Assembly (NCBI GenBank): GCA_951406725.2
Contig: OX597819.1
Location: forward strand, 82,708,001-82,772,000
From: Octopus vulgaris
Lineage: Eukaryota
DNA: 64,000 bases
Reading direction: 5' to 3'
In this document: in pieces, positions 54,661-64,000 of the stretch
Position numbering within the stretch: position 1 is the stretch's first letter
Layout: every line of letters begins with the position of its first letter
The notes under the pieces: model-generated
Told to the model about the DNA's origin: nothing
What the model saw: only the letters and a program-made list of their open reading frames with translations
Database searches by the model: none
Translations under genes and position numbers: made by a program

Positions 54661-54876
54661 ATCCTTGTGATGGGTTCATTTGTTCCGATCAAACAGTCTG
54701 TTTGTTGGATGATAAACGAAAGCCAGTCTGCCGTTGTAACCTGATGTGCTCACTAGATATCGCAACAGTTTGTGGTACTGATGGGATCACATATAGCAAT
54801 GACTGCTATCTGAGGACGGAAGCATGCAAGAGTCAGCGAGACATCAAAGTTTACCACCATGGGAGCTGTAAAAATC
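54661..54876 (+). CDS. internal exon encoding one follistatin module (FOLN + Kazal); likely agrin-like protein
   Basis: Acceptor tttcttgcag|, donor |gtgagc; 216 bp, phase 1-1; DPCDGFICSDQTVCLLDDKRKPVCRCNLMCSLDIATVCGTDGITYSNDCYLRTEACKSQRDIKVYHHGSCKN has the 10-Cys follistatin pattern with VCGTDG.TY.N.C. Confidence 0.92.
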
Positions 54877-56704
54877 GTGAGCAATATCATTTATATCTTA
54901 TATTGTTAAATACATTTATATACCTATATAAGATATTTGAGGAAGAAAAGTTTTGTAGATTATTTATAGAAAGAAGCAAGTTTTTAATGTCTTATCTTAT
55001 GACTTTGTTTATGAAAAAGGAATTCTTAAATAATTAAATTCTTCCAGGTTACAGAAAGGAATCATAGAATGTTTCTATTTTGATTCATTTGAAATATTTC
55101 TTCTCAACCTTTTTTCCAAACCCAACAGCTTTCTAACTATGGTTTAGAAACATTATTAGATTCTCTGGTAATAATTCGGAAACCATTCTGTCGGCTTCTT
55201 GGAAGAAATTCCTCCAGTTTGTTGACTCATATTCTTTTCTTCTTTCAACTCTTGAATTGACTGAAATGTCTTTCTTCAAAGGGGAAACTAAACTAAGTAG
55301 AGTTTTAAAATGTTTATAATAAAATTTAATATTATTAATCAAATGAAATGAATTATAAACATAAAGAGAAATATTCTATTTAATATTATTTCTGAAACAT
55401 AGTCATTGTTTAGAAATACTAAACACATGCTAATTCTAATAGTAGTACCTGTGGAGTGCAGATTAATTAAAGGTAAGCAGTATAAATAAATCATGAAATA
55501 TTGTATAAGATATTATATAAAGACATATTTGTGTTTGTCTATAAATAAATGTAATCAATGTAATTCTGAATAAATATGAAACATTAAAATTCCACATAAT
55601 ACTTTAAAGCATACACAAAATCCTAAAAAGTATTTATTACAATTTTCCTTCTGTTATCTTTTATTTGTTTGAGAAGTCTACCATTAAATCATACGCTATA
55701 GCCATCATTTATAAACTGGTGGTGTTTAAGACATATGCGACTGCTGCTTCTTATCACAACTCATAAAAATGACCATATCAAATATATCAACAAAAGCTTG
55801 TAAGCAGCAGAGTTATCTTGTTTTCTCTAATGACATGCTGTGCATTTTTTGCATCTGATTTCATATCAGTGTTGTGTATTGGGAATTTCTTGAATAAGTG
55901 TGAAACAAATATTTTTGATACTGATCACAGAGTTGTCAAAGGCTTCAGTTACTCTCCTTTATCTCACTCTTTCTTGTGTGTATATACATATATACAAATA
56001 TATATGTGTGTGTGTGCGTGTGTGTATATACACACACACATATACACTCATCTGTAATAATTTCTATTTATGCAAAATGTTCCATATATCCATTTATATA
56101 GAATATTGGCTTATTCATGCAAAAAGCCATTCAACTAAGTGGGTGATCAGCAATTAGTTGGATTATGTTTTTTAATGATCACACATACAGATGTAATCAT
56201 TTGGTAGAATGATGATCTGCATTTCATTTTACTCCACTGAAAAGGGATATATACATACATACACAAAATACCAACTAAAATTTAAAGACCAAATTTCAAT
56301 AATGGAATCAAACCTTTCAGAGTTTGGCTCATATTTGAAGTAAAGAGTAAAGCATATGTATGCACAAGCATGCACACAGGCACACATGCATACATACACT
56401 CATGCACAAACAAAATTACGGGCATTTTTATGCATGCATAGACCAATTAAATGACAGACTAAGATGTTCAGAGCTAAGAAGGAAAGCAATTAGCACCAAA
56501 CTTCAAAATATTTAAAGTAAAAATAAGAATACAATCAACAATAGCCCCTCAAGCATGATAATCTAAAAATGCAAATAAAATAACGTTTAGTGAAGTTATA
56601 ACCAATATTACAATGAAAACCATATAGGAAAGACTAGTGATATAGAACTAAATGTATGTCCTTTTAAGTTTTATTTAAATCCTCCCAATATATATATATA
56701 TCAT

Positions 56705-56748
<44 letters not shown>

Positions 56749-58424
56749 TTCTCTTGAATATATTGTTATATAACCAAAGCTCCTGGATAAAAACTATAAA
56801 ACTGCAAATTCAAATAGTTGTCTTTCTATTCATGCTAACAAAATCAAAAATATTCCTTGTCCTCCTTTTCTCTCATACTATAGAGATACACTTAGTCAAT
56901 GAACTTTAGCAGTGATAGGGCACTTTCTTCATCAAGTTTTAGTCAATCATAGTGACCCTTGTGAATAGTTTGGTCTGGTACTTATTTTATCATTTTATAT
57001 TTTACTGGTTAACAAAGTTATTGTTTTGGCACAGCACCAGCCTTGTTTTAACCAGCAATGGTGTGTCATTTGCAAACTAAAAAGCAGATACAGACAAATA
57101 TGCATATAGACACATCCACAACCACATATAACTATAATGGGCTTCTGAACAGTTTCACAGTTTCCTTCTACCAAATTTCACTCACAAGCTATTGGTCAAC
57201 ATACTTATATTGTTGTCTCCTTGAGTTACAATGGCACATAATAATCAGTACAAACAGGCAAATAATACTTTTGATTATTTTCTTCAATTCAGTTACTGCT
57301 TTTAGTCAATGGAGTATAGCTATGCTAGGTTATCATTTTGGTTTTTTTAGCCAGTCATAGAAACCCTGTTCTTATTTCACTTATTTTATCATTCTATGTT
57401 TTGCTAATTGGCCAATTTACCATTTTGACACAGCATCTGCCATGTTTTAACCAGAAGCATTGTGTCAAGCACAAACACAAGATGGACACAAATAAAAACA
57501 TTTATAGACGACACATACATGCATGTGCATATATACACACACACTCATTGAGAATGGGCTTTATAATAATTTCCCTCTACCAACTTTCACTTACAAGCTA
57601 TTGGTCAACATGCATTCACATATATTGATGTCTCCTTCAGCCATACATACATACATATGTACGTACGTATTCCTTCTAAAACTGTTTCACTTCCGATAAA
57701 CTCTTAAAAGGAATGAGTGTAGAAAACATTAGTTCAGACTTTTCCCATGACTGAGACAAAGTTATGACTGCCAAAAAACAAAGAAGAAATGAGAACATTG
57801 TAGGATAAAGGGGATGGGTTCTTTTCTCTTGTCAATGACACAAATACACCCAGCTACTGCTATAAAGATGATAGGGATTGAAATGGCATTCCACCATTAA
57901 AAAAACCATACCACAAATAATGAAGCACAATCCGTCTGCTCATTTTCTCCATTGTTGCGGTGTGTGTGTATAACACATGGTAAAGGATGTGACAAGTAAT
58001 AAGATGAAGGGTTGTGACTGATCGCAAAAACATTGTGCAACCTGCTTAAAGCAAAATTGCTGTGTAAGAAGGCTGTGATTCTGAATAAGCATACTTTAAT
58101 TCTTCAGCATGGGACAACCACATTAACATTGATACCATGATGACATGTATTATCCACACTATAAAGCATACACGACAGCAAAGTAAGTTGACTTTATCTG
58201 ATGTTGTCTGTGTATGAGGACATGAAATATGAGGAGTAAGGAAATGCTGTAAAACCTGTCCAACTCCAAATTGGAGGATTGGAGTTGATAATATCAACCC
58301 CAGTACTTTTCTTTTTAAAGTCTGGTACATTTTGATTTCTATTTATTGAACTGCATCATTGCAGGAAATAACAAGTTATTGAACATAAAACAATACAATT
58401 TCTTGAGCAGTACCTGCCAACAAG

Positions 58425-58672
58425 GATGGAACAAACTGCTGGCATTAGGTGTTTGTTGTCGGAGCACTGCATCCTTCAAAACCTCCATGCTTCCTGAGAT
58501 TCGCCAACACTACACCTGATTTACTCCCCTCCATACACATGCAACCATGTATCTGACTCATACACTGTTCACCTCCCAGACATTTGTACATTACTGCATA
58601 TGCTTTATACACACTTTTGATAAGTTGTGGTGCACCTGAGCACTGTATACAATAATTTCATTATTATTAATA
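58425..58672 (+). mobile_element. CR1-like LINE 3' end
   Basis: WNKLL...STASFKTSMLPEIRQHYT* resembles the WN.LP...S...FK C-terminus, followed by a UTR and an (ATT)n tail. Confidence 0.5.
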
Positions 58673-59115
58673 ACAAACATTTACACACACACATGAATAC
58701 ATGTATACATAGATATATATGTGTGTGTGCATATATATATGTATATATATATATATATTCATGTATATATATGAATATATATGTCTGTGTGTATGTATAT
58801 ATACAAACACACATTTATATAAGATTATATAGATACATATATTTCTTTGTTCATTTGCTTATTCCTTTAATACCTCTTTTCCCATGCTTGCAAGAGTTAA
58901 GCAGGTAGTAGTTAGAGCAACAGTTTTATAACTGGATTTTGTTCCTGTCACCAACCCTTATCTGTCTATCAATTAAGAGAATTTCAATTCTTGAATAATT
59001 TGAAAGTGCACAGGTGTCAACAAATGTCACTGGTTGCTGCTCAGCAACAATAACATTGTGATTTGTGGCATGGACCACCACAGAGTTTAAACATTCTCAG
59101 AGATACACCCCCCAC

Positions 59116-59152
<37 letters not shown>

Positions 59153-59732
59153 CAAAATAAGGAGACAGGTCCAGGTAGATATCAATTAAGTCTCAGATTT
59201 GGTTCTGACCACACATAGTATTAATTCCACTTAAAATGCTTAATGTAGTAGATCCCAAGATAATGCAATAAAGTAGGCGATGGAAACAGATATAATAATC
59301 CTTTATTTATCTCTATAAATAGATAATTTTCCGACATGTTTTATCATATATATATGATATGCTTCCTCATAGTCTCCATCTATCAAATTCATTCAAAATA
59401 CTCTTGCCCAAGTTGCTGCACAGTGAGACTGAACCTCAATTCATGTGATTGTGAAAAGAAGTCTTCAGTACAATTTCCATTTACAAATTTTGCTACCAAA
59501 ACTTTGGTCAGCTTAAGGCTATTGTAGAAGGCTTTTGTCCAAGACACCATACAGTAGGACTGAACCAAGAACAATATGGTTATGAAATGATTTTACTTGA
59601 ATATCTGCACATGTATATTTTATTATATCTACCTACACATACTCACATACATACATGCATACATTTTGTGTTTATCATACATTTTTTCCTTATATGTGTG
59701 TGTGTGTGTGTGGATATAGATGTATATATAAA

Positions 59733-60051
59733 CTGGCACTCTGTCAGTTACAATGACAAAGGTCCCAGTTAATCCAACCAGCAGAACAGCCTGTTCATGA
59801 AATTAACATGATAGTGACTGAGCTCTCACCAAACACGCATACCCTTAATATATAGCCTTTCAGTGCAACACACAATGGGACAAGGCTGGCCCTTTGAATT
59901 ACAAGTACAACCCATTTTTTGCCAGCTGAATGAACTGGAGTAACATGAAATAAAGTGTCTTGCTCAAAGACACAACATGTTGTTATGCACCAAACTCATG
60001 ACCTTACAATCTTGAGCAGGATATCCTAACCAGTTAGCCACATGTCTTTAC
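59733..60051 (-). mobile_element. tRNA-derived SINE (family of 10606)
   Basis: Shares cagctga.tgaactggag...tgaaataaagtgtcttgctcaa..acacaac and the tRNA-like head with 10725-10860. Confidence 0.7.
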
Positions 60052-60282
60052 TATATATATATATAGAGTTTGGAAGGATATATTATCCAGGCAGATACAG
60101 TATTAGTTCCAGTTAATGGCTAGTTACAATGATCGGTATGTCTTTGATTACATTTAGTTGTTAGTCACTCTGTGAATTCTTCAAATGGGTAATTCCATGT
60201 TCTCTTTGCTGAACAGTAAATATTGTCTGGAGTGTACATTGATATTAATAATAATAAAGAGTATGGGAACTTGTACATCCAC

Positions 60283-60420
60283 AAAATTTTTCTTGTAGTT
60301 ATATTCAGCATATTATAATGATCTGCATGTGTTTGCACTATAAATAATATATATATATTTATAGTGGAAACACATGCAGGTCATTATAATATGCTGAAAA
60401 ATAGCTATAAGAAATTTTTT
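60283..60420. repeat. imperfect palindrome, ~63-bp arms around a short TA spacer
   Basis: ttcagcatattataatgatctgcatgtgtttgcactataaata vs tatttatagtggaaacacatgcaggtcattataatatgctgaa. Confidence 0.85.
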
Positions 60421-60430
60421 CATACCACCT

Positions 60431-60508
60431 GTTGTCATTAATAACTGATGAGAATGCATCGTAGCTCTTTGCTCCGACATTCGAAACTCTGAGTACTATA
60501 ATGACAAC
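60431..60508 (+). ncRNA. type I hammerhead ribozyme fold with canonical core
   Basis: GUUGUCAUUAauaa-CUGAUGA-GAAUG...CAUUC-GAAA-CUC(U)GAG-U-A-cuaUAAUGACAAC; predicted cleavage after 60495. Confidence 0.78.
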
Positions 60509-60796
60509 TTACTGTTTGTTCTAAATTATAACATATATAAATAACCCTCTATTTATCTAATATCGAGGTTTTATTTTTTGTTGTCACTTTATTATTATCA
60601 TTATTATTATATATGATGATGATAGTTCACAGATGAGATCCAGATATTCTCTGTATAGATGATACTTAGTAGTGCTCAAAAGATTCTAACTTAGCCTCCA
60701 ATGTCTTTACAGGAGAAAGGCTATATATGTGTGTACATGTGTGTGTATGTGTGTGTGTGTGCATAAATACAGCTACCCAGAGTCAAAATAATAATT

Positions 60797-60827
<31 letters not shown>

Positions 60828-61022
60828 GGGGAAAAGTAGGATAAACACACAATGCAGTTTATAGTATTTGTTCCATAAGCAGGTTCCCCAAATATAGCTA
60901 TTCATCCTTTGCAGTGGATGTTCATAGTGCAATCAGATGCAAATCCACAACAGCTCTTCAGTGGAACACTTTATTGCTTTATGTTGGTTGACACAAAGCA
61001 AATGCTTTCTAACTGTACACAG

Positions 61023-61082
<60 letters not shown>

Positions 61083-62342
61083 AATAAACATATACAGATA
61101 TTGATGTATAGATAGATAAACAGACGAATAGATATGTATGTATGTTTGCCTGTACATATGCATGCATGCATTCATTTATGTATGTATGTATGTATGTTTG
61201 TGTATATGCATTTGCTTGCAGCAGTTTGAAGAGTATTCTCTACATGAATATTCTTTTTTATATCATAGAATGTTGCTATTGTTATATAATATATTATTAT
61301 TAACAAATTTAACTGCTTTTCCATTATTTGAACTTTCTTGTCAGAGAGGCAAGAAATATAAGCTAGCAGATAAAGTAGATAGCTTTAACACTGGTATAAT
61401 CATATGTGTCTGTGTGTGCTTGTGAGTGTGCATGTGTGCATGTACACATACACACACAGGTACAAACACACATATATTCATATATATAGTTAATAAAGTA
61501 TTGGATAACCACTGCTTGCATCTTCAGTTCAAATTTGCTACAGATATTTCATTGTCTTTGAAGCTGTTCACTTAATTCTCTGTGCTTATGCATTATAAAT
61601 AAGCACTGCAATCTTCCAAGAATATTGATGGAAGACAGCAGCATCCAGGTAAAGGTTTATTTCTTATCTCCTTGATGCTAGTAAATCCAGAGCTTAGCAA
61701 TAGCTTTGTGGATCCTTGTGGCCAATAGTGACATTTGCTGTTATCATATGTATGCACATACATGTGTGTGTATGTGTGTGTGTGTGTGTGTGTGAGTGTG
61801 TGTACATGCATGCGCAATGTTGGTTTATATATTGAAGAGTGTTGCTGTTTGTGGGATCTGTTGAAAATCATTGTGGAATATGTAAAAAAATCTGTGCTAT
61901 AGAAAGCAATAATAATGCAAATTAAATGTTAAATATCAAACATCACATTAAGGCATTGAAATGCTCCTTTATAGTAATTAGCCCTGATGGTTTGGGTTGT
62001 AAATGCATTTACAAACATATGACAAGTGGCATATGACATACAAACATATGACATACGCAAACATACATTGTATGTTTGTGTATATGTGTGTGTACACACA
62101 CATACAGACACACACATATACACATGCACATTTATAAATACATGCACATGCATACTTGCACACAGTTTACTCCATTACAGCTCTTCTTGTCATCAACCTA
62201 TACATGTGGGACTTATTTCATTCTCCACTGGTTTTTGAAAGCACAACATAGATGTTTATAATGTCAGAAAGCTATGTAATACGTAAAGTCATGAAATGTC
62301 AACATTGATATATCCGTATACACATCCATACACCCACAGTAT

Positions 62343-62527
62343 TATCATCATTACTCTCTGTTTTCATACTGGCATGTGTAGGGTAGGATGGTTCAATGAA
62401 ATTCAAGAGGATAGAGGAGCATATCTGGTTCCAATGCCTTCTTTAAGGTCTGGTTTCTACAGCTGGATGCTCAATCTAAAACCGACCACTTTACAAAGTG
62501 TACGGTGCGTATATTTTTTATGGCACT
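62343..62527 (-). mobile_element. decayed RTE 3' end
   Basis: gtttctacagctggatgc...accactttacaaagtgtacggtgc matches 2905-3086. Confidence 0.55.
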
Positions 62528-63199
62528 ATGACTCAAGAGATTGCTTTATAGCTAGTTATAGAAAACGAGCTTTGTTTCGTTGTTGCTCAAATTGGTTCTT
62601 AATGACTTAGTGAGTTGGGCAGTTTTCAAGTCACCAGCTCTATGGGGTTTGCTTTGCAGCTTGAAAATTAAAAGAGAGTCCCCATGATGGATGTAACAGA
62701 TTATATATCTACACACACACAAGTGTGTATGTGTGTATAAATATCATATATAATCATTATTTTACATCCATTTTCCGTACTGACATAGGTTACATATATA
62801 GGTTATATATATATATATATATATGATCTGGCAAAACTTCTTGACAGGTTTAAATTCTGCATACTCACACATGCACACCGTTTAATAACTATGCAGATTC
62901 TGTGACTGTAGACAAGCAAATGTAAAAATAAATATTCATGGCCTGAACAAGTTTTTAAGAGGCTGACTTTGCAGTCATTATGTCTTATTTTTCAAAGTGT
63001 CTTTTGTCACTGTCTTGCGTTGATTCAAGCCTTATGAATGAAATTGACCACATGAAAACTGTGCAGAAACTTGTCATATAGATTGCACTTATAATGTAAA
63101 GAATCAACTTTGTGTCATGCTTACATACTTTTTTTGTCTTGAGAATTATGTTAAGATTACATGTTGGTGAAGGACACTCAGTCACTGATATCTTTTATC

Positions 63200-63578
63200 G
63201 TTTAATTGTTTCAATCATCATACTGTGGCCATACTGGGGCACCATTTTGAAGAATTTTTACTTGAATGAATTGACCCCAGTACTTTTTTCTTAAACCTAG
63301 TACTTATTCCATTGGTTTCTGCTGAATCACTAAGTTCAATGACATAAACACACCAACACCAGTTGTCAAGTGGGATGGGGGTGGGGGGATCACAGACTCA
63401 AAAACACACACACATACACAAGCACACACACACACATATATAGATATATACAATGAGCTTCTTTTATTTTCCGTCTACCAAATCCACTCACAAGGCTTTG
63501 GTTGTCCCAAAGTAGAAGACACATGCCCAAGGTGACATGCAGTGGCACTGAAGCCAGAACTATATGGTTGGGAAGCAT
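63200..63578 (-). mobile_element. tRNA-derived SINE (family of 48510)
   Basis: Colinear reverse complement of most of 48540-48905. Confidence 0.8.
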
Positions 63579-64000
63579 GTATAGCTCAACTGATATGAAT
63601 TCTCATCAAATCTGCAGGAAATCTATTGTTAGTGTATTTAGAATTATCTAATACTTTACTCCTTATTTCTTAAGATTAGAGTCTGTGATTTGAGAGATAT
63701 TTGGCTACCATTTTTAAGCAAACCAAATGGTCACATAGAGATTCCCTTATTGACATTAGTGTGGTTATATATTTATGCATGGGTTCATATGTATGAATAC
63801 GTGTGATATATATGTGTATGAGAGCAAGTACCAATAGTTAAACATACAGCTTGATAAATTAGTATTAATTCTGTTTAGATTACAAGAGTTAAATTAAGCC
63901 AAAATAAAACAGTGTTCATTGAAGCAGCTCTTATCAATACATTATGTTTCTCTTATTTCATAAGTGAAGCATTTCATGTTTAATGCCAGGAAGGATATCT

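Overview
Eukaryotic, very AT-rich, microsatellite-laden DNA. It is most likely from a cephalopod (octopus-like), inferred from the SINE/LINE content and repeat density. Only one convincing host exon is visible: a 216-bp phase-1/phase-1 follistatin/Kazal exon (54661-54876, +), probably from an agrin-like gene, so most of the window is probably intron. The rest is transposon debris: RTE LINEs (one young copy with a PHD finger inside ORF2 and a tandem hairpin array in its 3' UTR), R4/Dong-like and CR1/L2-like fragments, tRNA-derived SINEs, a Tc1/maT/mariner nest and a probable non-autonomous Helitron. The most notable signal is a set of type I hammerhead-ribozyme folds from about four unrelated sequence families (23610, 24194, 35800, 40063, 41848, 60431, degenerate at 30473). 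Most sit in or beside inverted repeats, with the architecture of Penelope-like element pseudo-LTRs or retrozymes. One hammerhead-bounded inverted repeat encloses a near-identical copy of local genomic DNA found 2.7 kb away. Nearly all ORF-track entries are microsatellite artefacts.
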